Assembly: GCF_009834535.1 (NCBI RefSeq)
Contig: NC_045696.1
Coordinates: forward strand, 20,090,001-20,154,000
DNA length: 64,000 nucleotides
Direction of reading: 5' to 3'
Origin: Camelus ferus
Taxonomy: Eukaryota
The notes under the pieces were generated by a model, which saw nothing but the letters and a program-made list of their open reading frames with translations, had not been told where the DNA came from and searched no databases. The translations under genes and the position numbers were made by a program. Below are positions 11,701-23,830 of this stretch, in pieces (positions within the stretch are counted from its first letter, which is position 1; each line of letters begins with the position of its first letter).

Positions 11701-14237
11701 TGGAAATCATGGCTTAAAGATTTCTTCCATCAACTTGTGACCCCTGAAGACTTACCTAAACTCTCAGCCAAGGTTGGTACATACAGCTCTTGTGGAAATG
11801 ATTTTATTTTGGAGACTTATTTGTTACAGTAGCAATCAATATCTTAACTAATACATTTGTGCACAAAGCATGAAAGAATTTGAGGGCTAAAGATTAATTT
11901 GACATGGCTGAAATAGTTACATGCTGTGTAACTGATGGTAATAGGATGGCAGTTTTAGAGAATTATATTAGAAATTAATCTGGGAAAGTGGATTATGGCA
12001 ATTTTATTTGAAATTCCCATTTTTCTCTCTATAATATTTAATATGCAAATGTATATGTGAGATAGGTCTAATTAAAAGTCTTTAAGAGTAGAAGTTCTTT
12101 TGTCTAATGGCCTTTATTTGAATCCTAACTTGACCATTAACTCACTGTGTATCTTTGGGCATGAAATATGTTTGCACTGAGTTCAGCATCTCTGCCGTAA
12201 CTATGCATCTTAAAAATTGATGTCATCTGGAGAATAGTCATGGCATAATTGTCACTGCCTTTACATTTTGGAAAAATAAATACCCAGCTTGAAAATTTGT
12301 AGAATGGATGGCAGAGGATGGAAGATAATCTGATTGACACCCTGGAAATGTTCTTTTTATTTCAAGACTTAGTTTGGGCCAGGTTTCAAGGAGGTGGTGA
12401 ATCAAATTATATGTAAAGCTGTAATTTCAGAGTGGTGTTTTTATAAAGTTAGCTTAGCAGCATACCACCAGTGGCTTTTGGATAGTTTATAAGTTTTTTT
12501 AAGAAATGTTGCAAACTCAGGGACACAAAAGGCAATATTATCAATACTGTCAATGATGAATCTGAGTGAAAAAGTGATAAATGATTGGATTCTCAATGTT
12601 AATACATTTTAGGAATACCTGGCTTAATTAATTTAGCTTATATTTCTACTTATATATGTGAAGTGGTAATCTCTGATTAATAAAGTCTGTGTCTAATTTG
12701 GCTAAAAAGCTCTAAGTGATAAGAAGAAATAGTATATAATTAATCAGAATTTTTTAAATATAATAATCTTTCTGGATATCTTTTTTCATGAAAAATTGTA
12801 ATAATACATACACAAGAAAAAAGGCTAAATTAATTAATCTAGGAAAATGGCCCATCAAATAGTTTCCTAATAGTTATTTATTATTTATTTTCCTAAATAG
12901 TTATTATTTAGTGTCAGTAGAGCACTGTGGACACAGACTATAAATAATAATTGATGATATAAATTATTTTAAAATATGTCTTACATTATTCAGTGCTTAT
13001 TACTTTACATTAAAAAAAAAAAGACTGTTAATGACCCAAATTATAATGTGATCTACTCTGAGAGAGTATTTGGAAAGAATTAGAAGTATGACTATTTAAA
13101 GCAATCTGAAGGAAGAAAATGATGCAGTCTTGATTATCTGAAGGAAGAGAAACCACAACCTGGGGCAGAATAAGTTCATTTATTCTATCTGCTGAAATAG
13201 TTCTGATTTTTTAAAAAAAATGGATCTCCTGGTCCAGCCGTGAGTGGTAACAACCAGCTGTAATGCTCTTCCCCTGAGGTCCTATTAGTTCTTTTGTGCT
13301 TGACCTTCCACAATCTGGCAGTTTTGTTGGCCAGTTCTCCTGGGAAACTTAGTGCATTCGTGAAGCAGAAGATATCCTCAAGTCCTACAACTATTTTGTC
13401 CAAAAGACAGTGCTTTATTGCCACCGTACTACCCGTTAGCCATCATCCATCATGGGTTTGTGAAAACAAGTCACACGCAGCCCCCGTTCAAATTCCAAGT
13501 GCAGCCTGATCTCTATAGAAACTGGGACCTGGGACGAGGAGGAGAGGCAGGGAAGTCTTGCCACATCCCTCTAGGACTCCTATCTAACTTTCATTTTTGG
13601 ATGACCAGGACAACTCTCAAAAATACCACTGTTTTCTGTTTACTACGTTTTTCTTCCCTTTAGATAAGACTGGCTATTATTTTAAGACCAATCAATTTTA
13701 CTCTATTTACAGGCTTACATAATAAATCAAATAAGCTTTCAGACTGAGGAAATATGGACACCACGAAATATTCATTGGGAGTGAGTGCAGCAGTATGTCT
13801 TTGTTAATGTGGTCTTCTGGGTTTAGTTTTGTGACTTATTTTGCTAAATTCAATTGAACTTAATTGATTGAGCAAAGCCAGGCATAAAATATAGAGAAAT
13901 GGAGTGCCTATGAGAGAACAAGGCAGTTATGAATTCACAAACAGAGACAGATATAAGAATTATAAGTAAGACCCAGGATGTAGAAGATAAAACATAAGGA
14001 GATAAACATGGAAGAGTTTATGACAGTTTTTCCTCAATCTATTCTCATTTCTCTAAAGATTTTTAACTTGTGCATCTCAGCAGCGGATTAATTTTGACCT
14101 CTCCCCCCATACCCTGCCCCCAGTGGCATCATTTTGTTTCTAAAAGCAGAGCTAATGATTCATAATGCTTATCTGGAGTCACAGGCTTCCCTAGTATCTT
14201 TCAAACATTGATTTTATTCCCAGGAGCAGAATTCTTT

Positions 14238-14610
14238 AATGTATTCATTCACTCAAAAACATATTGTACATTTCTACTATCTGCTAGATACAGATTGAAT
14301 CTGACTGAACATAGGGAAAGGGAGAAAAAGTAAACAAAGTTAGTATCAAGAATTCTAGCTTGAACAGCAGACCCTACAATCTAAGATAAGAAACAAAATA
14401 GGTAAAGCAAATTTGAGACAGAGGTGACAGAAATCATGATTTCTGATTTGAATATGATGAGTTTGAATTACCTGTGGGGCATATCAGTGAAAATAACAAT
14501 TGTACAATTGGATACATGGGTGAGAGGTTCAGAAAAACAATCTGACTTGCAGATAAATTTCAAAAGCATGCAGATTTGAAAAGGCATATCTTACCTGGAC
14601 AGCATGTGAG
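14238..14610 (-). mobile_element. L2 LINE fragments
   Basis: 'attcattcactcaaaaacatattg' L2 tail and 'tgagtttgaattacctgtggggcatatcagtg...caattggatacatggg' L2 ORF2 motif. Confidence 0.65.
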
Positions 14611-14674
14611 TACAAAACTAGGACTTACTTTTTTTTTGTAGGTGATAATAATTATGCAGTAGTACCTGTTTTGG

Positions 14675-17600
14675 GTCAGCTTTATTGAAACATAATTTAC
14701 ATATAACAAGATTTATTCCCTTTAGGTATAGAGTTCTATTAATTTTGAAAGAAATATATATAGTTGTATAATTGCCATTGCAGCCAATATAGAGAGGATT
14801 TCCATCATTTCAAAAATATTTGTATTTCTTTGTCGTCAGTTTCTTTCCCCCAACTCCTTTCTCTTGACAACCTCTAAATTTTTTACTTTCTCTTGAATTT
14901 TATCTTTTACATAAATAGAATCATACACTGTATAACACATTAAAAGTGCCTCCTTTCATTCTGTGTACTGCATTGATACATTAATGTGTGTATCAATTGT
15001 TCACTCCTTCTTATTGCTAAATAAGATTGTGTAGGTGAACAATACTTTGTTTACTCATCCAGAGTTTGGCAGTCATTGGGGCTGTTTTCAGTGTTGGGTG
15101 ATCTTGAATACAGCTGCTGTGAACATTCAGACATAGATTTTTGTGCAGATAGGTGTTTTGGGTTCTCTTGTAGGAATACCTAAGAATGGGACCATTGGAT
15201 CATACAGTTAGCATATATCTTAACCTTTTAAGAAACTGCCAAAGTTTTCCACACTGGCTGTGCCATTTTCCATTCCTACCAGTAGTGGATGAGCATTCCA
15301 GTTGTTCTGAATCCTTGTCAGCACTTGATACTTTCAGTACTTTTTAAATTAATTGTAATAGTCTTGTGGCAGTATCCTATTGGGATTTTAACTTGCAACT
15401 CACTAATTATGCCATGCATTTTATCATGGGTTTATTTGTCATTAGGATATTTCTTTACTAAAATATATTCTGTAGCTCTCAATGTGTAAGTCTTACAATA
15501 TTGATTAAATTTAGTCAAATATTTTAAGTCCTCTGATGATTTTATAAATGCAATTGTTCTCTTGATTTCATTTTCACATTGCTAGGGTCTAGATATACAG
15601 CTGACTTTGCATGTTGATCACGTATCCTGCAACTTTGCTGAAATCATTTATTAGTCCTTATAGTCTTGTGTGTGTGTGTATGTTTGTATTTTTTGAGGTC
15701 ATGGCATGGCAGAGAGAAATAGGTTTACTTCTTCCTTTCCAATCTTTCCAATTTGGATGTTTTTAATTTCATTTTCTTGCCTTAATTGCCCTGGCCAAAA
15801 CCTCTAGTACAACATTGAATAGAATTAGTAAAAGCAGATATCCTGTCTTGCTCCTGATCTTAGGCGAAAGCCTTTAATATTTCAGCATTAGTTATAATAT
15901 CAGCTATGGGCTTTCATAGCTGCCTTTCATTAGACTGAAGACATTTCCTTCTAATCTAAATTTGTTGAGTGTTTTTACCATGAATACATGTTGAGTTTTG
16001 TCCAATGTTTTCTCTACATCTATCAAAATGATTCTCTTTTCTTTATTCTTTTAATGTAATTTATTACCTGGATTGATTTTCATGTGTTGAAACAACTTTG
16101 CATTCCTGCCATAAAGAATTATAGTATATAATCCTTTCTGTGTGCTTCTGGTTTTGATTTGCCAGAAGTAGGAGCAATATTAATATTTTCATCAAACTTG
16201 GGAAGTTTTTGACCATTTCTTCAAATTCTCCTTCAGAATACTCTTTTCTCTCTCTCCTTTTGTTCTGGGACTCTCATTTATGCATATATTGATATGATCC
16301 ATGATATCTCATAGTCTCGAACTCAGTTCATTTTTCTCCATTATATTTTCCAAATCTCATATGACCATTCTTCAGTTTGCTGCTTCTTTTTGCTCAGATC
16401 TGCTGTTGAGCCTCTTAATGAGTTTTTCACTTCAGTTATCATACTTTTTCTTTTTGGTTCTTGTAATAATTCCTGTATTTTATTGATATTCTCTATTTGG
16501 TGAAATACCATTCTCATATTTTCCTTTAGTCTTTAGGCATGATATTCTTCAACTTGTTGAAAATATTTAAAATAGCTGCTTTAAAGTACCTCTTTAGAAA
16601 TTCCTGTGTCTGTGCTTCTTCAAGGACAGTTTTTATTAATGTTTTTTTTTTTTCCCTGTGCATGGGCCATACTTTTTTGTTACTTTGCACACCTCTTAAT
16701 TTTTTCATTGACAGTCAGATATTTTAAATATTATATTGTCCAACTCTGAAAATCAGATACACTTCTTTGCTGTGTTGTTTGTTGCTGTTGCTGTTGCTTA
16801 ATGTTGGCTTTTTTCTTTTTGTTCCTGTTGTTATTTGTTTAATGACTTTTCTATGATAATTCTGTAAAGTCTGCATTTTTTGTTGTGTTTGGCAACTGAT
16901 GTCTTTGTTTCCATTGGCTTAGTAGTCAGCTAATAACTGGACAGAACTTCCTTAAACAACTTAAACTAAAAATATCTTCCAGTGTTTGCTGAGGGTTCTG
17001 TGCGTATTTGGGTGCACCTTCAGCACTCGGGTAAAGCAGTCTACAACTTGGTCTTGGTCTCCACTCCTGCTTCCTCATGGGCTCAGATTTCGTCAGTTCA
17101 GTGCTGAGAACCTGCTCAGGTCATTCCTGAGCATATGCACAGCTCTGGGCATGTGCGTGGACTTCCGGCTTCCCAGGAGTATGTCAGAGGTTTTCAAAGC
17201 CCTTATGAACATCTCATTGACTGCCCAGTTCTCCCAAGCTTTTTAGTTAGTGCCTTGTTTGCCCCAGTTGTTATCTATCACCCCGGCAGCTGTGATTAAA
17301 CCACTGTCCCATAAATATTTCTGACAGACTATCCATGGAAGCAACTGTGGCACTGGGTCAGTTCTGAGTCAGGTGAAACAGAAGCAAGACTTTTGAGCTG
17401 GTCTTTCAAGGAATGACTACACAGGTGTGAAAAAAAAAAAGTAATTATTATAGTAATTTGCAAATGAGACCCGTCATGTTCACTATAGTACTAGGAATGC
17501 CAAATGTCATTTTCATGGCTACTGCTGAGCTAGAGAAGGAGGATCAAATTGGCATAAGTTAAAATAGTTAAAATCCTGCACAGTTCACTGTGCTGACAGT

Positions 17601-17770
17601 CTTGCTGCTTTTCACAAGTAAGCACTCTCTGCTTTGCTGCAAGTCTTTAGTTAATATCTACACTTCAAAAACACTGATCCTGACCCTTTTTGTCCAGTTT
17701 TCTTTCATTGCTTTTATAATGGGGTGAAGTTTTGAGTTTCTTCTTTTTCTGTTTTGGAGTATGTCACCCC
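14675..17770 (-). mobile_element. Old L1 (L1MC/MD-like) with 3' end, partial ORF2, ORF1 and 5' region; large internal deletion
   Basis: 3' end 'cagctttattgaaacataatttacatataac'; antisense ORF2 motifs 'agaaactgccaaagttttcc', 'tagtttacttcttcctttccaat'-like; antisense ORF1 'aaacttgggaagtttttgaccatttcttcaaat' from ~16190. Confidence 0.85.
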
Positions 17771-17979
17771 CTGCACTCTAATGTGAAATTCATAATTGTA
17801 TGTGGCATGTATTTGAAGTATGATTTTTTTGATTCAATGTGGTTAATACTGTTTTTTAAATGGGATGGATGTTAAATCAGTTACATTTGATGTGATTCTT
17901 ATATTGTAGTATATAGATGTACTGTAATTCAGTTGTTTACTAATAGTCTTATTAGTCTTTGTTCCTTTTCTTTTCTTTT

Positions 17980-18330
17980 TTAGTAGTATTGTCAGAATTT
18001 CTGTACTGTTACTAATTTTTGATCCAATTTTCTATCAATAGTTCTCTTCTCCTTTTTGGACTCTAATTACATTACATTAGACTGTTTGATAGCATCCCAT
18101 AGATTTTTAAAATAATTTTTCCAATATGTTTTCTCTTTATGCTTCACTTTGGATTATTTCCATCGACATATTTTAAGCTTACTTTTGTGATGGTTGAAGA
18201 AATGTTTTACTGCTGATATCATGATTTTAATTCTATAATTTCAATTTGATTATTTCTTAGAAATTCCTTTATCTTACTCTATGTTATCTCTGTAAGTCTT
18301 TTAACATATTAATCATGATAAATGTATCTC
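17980..18330 (-). mobile_element. Decayed L1/HAL1 ORF1-region fragment
   Basis: 'ttctcttctcctttttggactctaattacattacattagactgtttgatagcatcccatag' is typical antisense ORF1. Confidence 0.55.
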
Positions 18331-18979
18331 CCAGACAGGTTTTCTCTGACCCATAGGTTTTCTCTGACCATATGACTTTACTGAATCATCTAGTTGGTTA
18401 TTTCAGTCTTTATTTTTTTTTTAATTTTATTTTGTTTATTACTTTTAACTAGGCTTAATTTCCTTCAGGGTACAGCTTCTGTTTGTTTTGCTCAAAACAT
18501 TATCTATATTTTACCTTTCACCATGCTGGCACAAATAAAATTGATTAAGGAAAAAATACATATATATATATATTTTTTTTTAATAATGACTAAAGCCATT
18601 AACATTGACCTTTCTGTACTCCCTGAAAATGTGATCAGTTGCTTTCAAAGGTGTGGCAGCCTTCTCTGATTAGACCTTTGTGAGACTCTGTTGTATAAGG
18701 AAATTTCATAGAACAAGAGCTCCACAAAATGCAGCTCATTCTCTTGAAATGATCTGGTGGATTGAAGGGGGTGGTATGAAGACTATGTTATCTATACTTA
18801 CCTCAAGATTTCTCTTTAAGTTGATCCTGGTTTGGTATTTTAGGCTTCTCTCTGATATTTTGTCATAATTCCAGGAAGATCCTAAAGATTCCTGCCATTA
18901 TATAGCCAAACACAATTCAGAAGTTTTAGAGAAATTTTTCATTTTTTAGGGAGGAAATTTTCTACCTATTTAGTGGGAG

Positions 18980-19405
18980 ACAGAATAGCACATAGACAGG
19001 GGCATGTGACCTCTGTTCAGTTTGACTTCATCACTTACAAGCCATACGACTTTGAGCAGATTATTTTTTTTAACATTTTTATTGAGTTATAGTCATTTTA
19101 CAATGTTATGTCAAATTCCAGTGTAGAGCACAATTTTTCAGTTATCCATGAACATACATATATTCATTGTCACATTTTTTTTGCTGTGAGCTACCACAAG
19201 ATCTTGTATATATTTCCCTGTGCTGTACAGTATAATCTTGTTTATCTATTCTACTGAGTAGATTATTTAATCTTAACATATCACCTATAAAATGAAAGAA
19301 ACACTAATAATCCAGACCTCATTTTGTTATTGTATGAATTAAGTAAGAGATGATCCACATTTTACACACTACCTGAAACATCCTTAAAATTGTTGCAGTT
19401 ATTGC
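18980..19405 (+). mobile_element. MIR SINE interrupted by a young L1 3' end
   Basis: 'tcacttacaagccatacgactttgagcagattattt' [L1] 'aatctt...cctataaaatgaaag...aataatccagacctca'. Confidence 0.65.
19067..19254 (-). mobile_element. Young 5'-truncated L1 3' end (camelid-type)
   Basis: T-tail, 'ttttattgagttatagtcattttacaatgtt'; 14-bp TSD tgagcagattattt (19053-19066) / tgagtagattattt (19255-19268). Confidence 0.9.
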
Positions 19406-19774
19406 TCTTGCTAATATTACTGTAAATATTCTTAGAATTTTGGCTTATTTGCATAAAAACCCTCCCCAAGGGTTACATTTAGGGCCTCTTGATATTTGCT
19501 TCAAAAAAGTATTATTTATTTTTTTATTTGCAGGAGAAATTTGGCCATGAATTGATTTTGTTAATTGGTCTTTTCCTGCAGAATTTATTGGTCTGTGAGT
19601 TTTCCCTGAGTGTTCTTCTGATTCAATTCTTGTTTATATGGCAGTTTTTAACATATAGAAAGCTCTCATTAAATTGTCTTGAATAACTAGAAATTAGATT
19701 TTCCAAAAAGGTATTTGTTTCAAACTGTGATTTGGAAAGAGAAGAACACATTATTTTTTCCCTCCTATGCATTA

Positions 19775-19935
19775 CAGCTCTCAAATTTTAATATGTATAG
19801 CAGTCACTAAGGAGTTTTTAAAAAGGAGATTCCTGGGCTCCACCTGAAACCAGCCAAACCTGAACTCTCCAGTGGATCCTGATCCACAGAGCAAGTGGCC
19901 CCAAACCTGCTCTTTTACAAATTCTGCACTAGATT
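19775..19935. mobile_element. MER5A-like hAT-Charlie MITE remnant
   Basis: 'ctctcaaattttaatatgtatagcagtcactaaggag...agattcctgggctccacc'. Confidence 0.55.
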
Positions 19936-20058
19936 GTTATCTTGCTAAATTTCAATGAAACATGAGGAGAATGAAGTACATTCTAACCTAATTAAGAAAA
20001 AGCACAGCCAAGTTATTATATTAATCTCTTTTCATAAGCTTAACAACAGTATGAGTAG

Positions 20059-20554
20059 TGTCGACTGAAATAAATACACAGCCTACAAGTTGAGAGTTAT
20101 CTTTTATTTGGTGGATGTTTCTGAGGACTCGAACCAACTTTGAGCCTGGGATGACAGCCTCTCAGATGGCTCTGAGGGACTGCTCCCAAGAGGTAGGGGA
20201 GGAGCTAGGATATACAGGAGCTTTACAACAAAGACCAGGTAGTTGGAACAATAAAAGATTATTTGTTAACTAAAGAAAACCAGGCATCTCAAGTTAAAGA
20301 ATTTAGTGCTTTCCTATGTATGGGAGGAAGCAAACATTTGGGCTCATTGAATTCATTCCTTTGACAAGCACCTAGCTATCTAGGGCCAGTATCCTGTCCT
20401 TTCTTACTCTGAGTCCCCTCAGGGTGCACCATGGTGAGTGGCTGCAGGGGCCGGGCTGCAGGCTTGTCTTCACTGGGAGGTGGCCGCAGCTGCTGATGAC
20501 TTGATGGTTTCAGCATTTGCTTACTGATATGGTTTGCAGTATTTTCCCTTCACA
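20059..20554 (-). mobile_element. ERV1-type solo LTR A (same family as LTR E at 23213-23685)
   Basis: TG...CA ends; flanks gtag (20055-20058) / gtgg (20555-20558); minus-strand AATAAA near 20105; aligns end to end with the reverse complement of 23213-23685. Confidence 0.9.
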
Positions 20555-20558
20555 GTGG

Positions 20559-21201
20559 TGTTAGAGCAGGCAGATAGCTAGATATGAGCAGAGAAAGGGG
20601 GACACAGACCAAATGGCAGGAATTGGGCAGAAAGGAGGGGCACAGGCCAAATGCAGGAAACCACACATCATGTGAGCAGCAGGGATCCCCGGGCAGAGAA
20701 AGAAAAGCTGGAATCTTCAGGCTGATAAGGGGCCACACCTTTTGGCTTGGAGACCAACAAAGAAAGGTCAGAAAAGGCAGGAATTTCCAGTGTCCGAATG
20801 TAATCTTTTACTCATTATGCCCTCATTTCAATAAAATTAGCCTTGCAGATCAGTAGCACCCATCATGCACCGACGCCATGACACTTCTGATCCAGACTAA
20901 ATAAGGACAAAAATCCCTCCTCCTTTTGGGAAGGTGGAGTTGGGATGATAATCAGGGAATATGACCCCAAACCCTTCCCTCCCCAATGAATATTCCGCCC
21001 ATTCATTTTTACACCCTATGTAACTAACTTGCCAAAGAAACTCAGGGCAGCTGCTCACCTGAGCCTGCCCGCTCTCCCCTGAGAGTGTACTATCCATCCT
21101 TTGATAAAGCCTCACTTCACCTTTTTAACCTAAGTCTTGTCTCTGAATTCTTTCTGGGATGGGACAAGAACCTGGAACACCAGTTGCACCTATCGGTGAC
21201 A
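20559..21201 (+). mobile_element. ERV1-type solo LTR B
   Basis: 'tgttagagcagg'...'gacaagaacctgg...tatcggtgaca'; flanks gtgg / gtag (21202-21205); U5-like end; no PBS follows. Confidence 0.85.
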
Positions 21202-21923
21202 GTAGCAAGTCATATAATGAGTGAATCTGGAAGAATATCACACATACATAATGACACAAAGATAATTGAAATACGTGCCTAAAGTTAAAGATGCAGCCTT
21301 AAATTTACCTATGAGGAAGTCTAAACAATGATCTATAGTGATCCTCAGAGGTTAGAAAAAAAATATTTTTAGTGGAAGTAGCATGCAATTTATGTCTGAA
21401 AATATGTTTACAAGTATTTTGTATCTTTTTTGAATATTTTAGATGTATCAACTCAGAAATTTAAAAAATGGTAACCACTCTCTGAAATGGATAAAAGGAG
21501 GAGGCATTTCTTCTTTCCCTGTGATGTGCATATCTATTGATCTCGCTGCAAATTATAAACATACAAGTCAGTCTCATAATTGAGTATTATTCCTTTTTAG
21601 GCAACCTTTGTTTCCATGACAAATAAGTGGTTTTAAAAACAAATAATACCACTCAATTAATAATGAAGAATAAAGAAAAACAAAACTGTCCACACTACCA
21701 AAGTAGTTTTCCAGTAACAAATAATATCCTTTTGTTTCTTTATTTTTCTGGTAATTATGGTTTTGATAACATATATTTCATCATATTTTAAAATTTGTCA
21801 ACACTTCCATCTTATTAGAACTATTAATTTTTCATTCACTGCTCAAATTAGAAACTTATCTGTCACCCACACACTTCAAAACAACTAGCCCCAGGGACAA
21901 AAGCACTGTTTCTGTACTCCTTT

Positions 21924-22558
21924 TGAGGCAGCAAAACAGATGTAGGCCATAAGGAGGGCCATGTCCCAGGCTTTGATTGAGCCCCTGGGACGTGCCCCGC
22001 CAAGTGTGGGTCCTTGGCTTCGCGCAGGGAAGAATTTAAGAGTGAGCCACAGTTGAGTAAAGGTAGATTTATTCAGATAGATACATTGGAAGGCAAGAGA
22101 AAGACCACAAGGTGTGGGGGTTGGATACTCAGAATAAAAGTAGGTACACACTCCATAGACAGAAGGTGGGCCATCTCTGAAGAGGGAGAGAGAGGGGTGG
22201 CCTCGAGTCACCGTGGAGTTGCTAGTTTTTATGGGTTTGGTGGCTTCATATGCTAATAAGTGGAAGGACCAGTCTCAGTAGCTTGGGGAAGGGGCTGGGA
22301 TTCCCAGGAAGTTGGCCATTTCCCACTCTTTGACCATTTGTGGCTAGCCTTGGGACTGCCATGGTGCCTGTGGGCATGTTATTCACTGTGTTAATATATT
22401 ACAACAAACATATAATGAAGCTCAAGATCTACTAGAAGTTAAACCTCTCATCATCCTGAGCCTCAAGTCCTACTGGGGATTGAATCTTTCACCTTTTGAT
22501 GTTAATTGCTGTAGCATTCCTTGAATGGCTGTGCTCTGCCCCCTTCCGTCCTGTCTCA
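21924..22558 (-). mobile_element. ERV1-type solo LTR C
   Basis: 'tgaggcagc'...'cctgtctca'; perfect 4-bp TSD cttt (21920-21923 / 22559-22562); minus-strand AATAAA (~22070) and TATA-like cataaaaa (~22230). Confidence 0.85.
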
Positions 22559-22562
22559 CTTT

Positions 22563-23087
22563 TGTTACTGAGCTCAAGTTCAGCTGCTCACCACTCAAAA
22601 GCCAATAAATTCCAGAGGCAAGAGTCAGTGAAAAGGAAAGTTGCTTTAATCAGAAAAGCTGGCAATCTGAGAAGAAAGTGGGCTATGTCCTGAGACCAAC
22701 TGTGAAGAGTCTACTCGGCCAGGACAGTTTTTAAAGGGAAAAGTGGAAAGAATCTCCAAGGGAGGAGGCTGGATTCTGCATCATTCTCCATTGCACGCAG
22801 ATTGGCTGAGTCTCTCTGCAGATGTTATCTTTCCTGTGTGATTTGCCTGCAGGATTGCTGAGGGGACTGTTGGAGATAGAGACCTCCTCATTCTTTAACT
22901 ACTTAATTCTGCATTCTTACTTCTTTTAATCTAGGAAAAGAACCAGCAGATTAGGGAAGACATGGTGTACATTCAGGAGCGCATAAATCAGGAGTTAGGT
23001 TAAATTGCCTAGTGATCTCAATTCCTGTAAGTAGATTAGAGGGAAATAAAATTGGCAAAGAGGAAAGGGGCAAAAGAGCTGCTTTCA
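22563..23087 (-). mobile_element. ERV1-type solo LTR D
   Basis: 'tgttactgagc'...'gctgctttca'; flanks cttt / ctat (23088-23091); minus-strand ATTAAA (~22647) and tttaaaaa (~22732); right end less certain. Confidence 0.75.
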
Positions 23088-23212
23088 CTATGAAAAGGTG
23101 AATTTACTATTTGTGTTTCAGTAAAATAAGCTTGCTGCTCCCAAATTAAAAACATCCCGTTAGTCAAATAAAACAGCAATAAACAATAACACCGGCAGAT
23201 CAAGAAACAGAC

Positions 23213-23685
23213 TGTGAACAAAATACTGCAACCATATCAGTAAACAATGCTGAAACCATCAAGTCATCAGTGGCTGCTGCCACCCTGCAGTGAAGACAAG
23301 CCTGCAGTCCGGGCCTCTGCAGCCACTCACAATGGTGCACCCTGAGGGGACTCAGAATAAGAAAGGACAGGATACCAGCCCTAGACAGCTAGGTGCTTGT
23401 CAAAGGAATGAATTCAATGAGCCCAAATGTTTGCTTCCTCCCATACATAGAAAAGCACTAAATTCTTTAACTTGAGATGCCTGGTTTTCTTTAGTTAACA
23501 AGTAATCTTTTATTGTTCCAACTACCTGGTCTTTGTTGTAAAGCTGCTATATTTGCTAGCTCCTCCCCTACCTCTTGGGAGCAGTCCCTCAGAGCCATCT
23601 GAGAGGCTATCATCCCGGCTTGAGTCCTCCCGCCAAGTAAAACATAACTCTTAACTTTTAGGCTGCGCATTTATTTCAGTCGACA
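23213..23685 (+). mobile_element. ERV1-type solo LTR E
   Basis: 'tgtgaacaaaatactgc'...'ttcagtcgaca'; perfect TSD agac (23209-23212 / 23686-23689). Confidence 0.9.
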
Positions 23686-23714
23686 AGACTAATTGTTTAA
23701 ATTAATTAATCACG

Positions 23715-23830
23715 TCTTTACTTATAGTTTCAAAAATTGAAGGTTGGAGAACTTTTGATGAAGGTCCTGAAGTCACACTTATCTAATTGATGGCAGAAAG
23801 GCTCAAATCCAAGACTTTTTCTTAGTTCAT
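23715..23830 (-). mobile_element. MIR fragment
   Basis: 'aaattgaagg...cctgaagtcacact...gatggcagaaaggctcaaatccaagac'. Confidence 0.5.

Noticed and set aside
18337..18371. 18-bp tandem duplication (similar ones at ~2460 and ~12865)
   Set aside because: Ordinary slippage duplications; two units with no spacers, so not an array
20059..23685. LTR A and E as the two ends of one provirus or the TIRs of a 3.6-kb transposon
   Set aside because: They are inverted rather than direct, each has its own TSD, and there is no PBS/gag/pol or transposase between them
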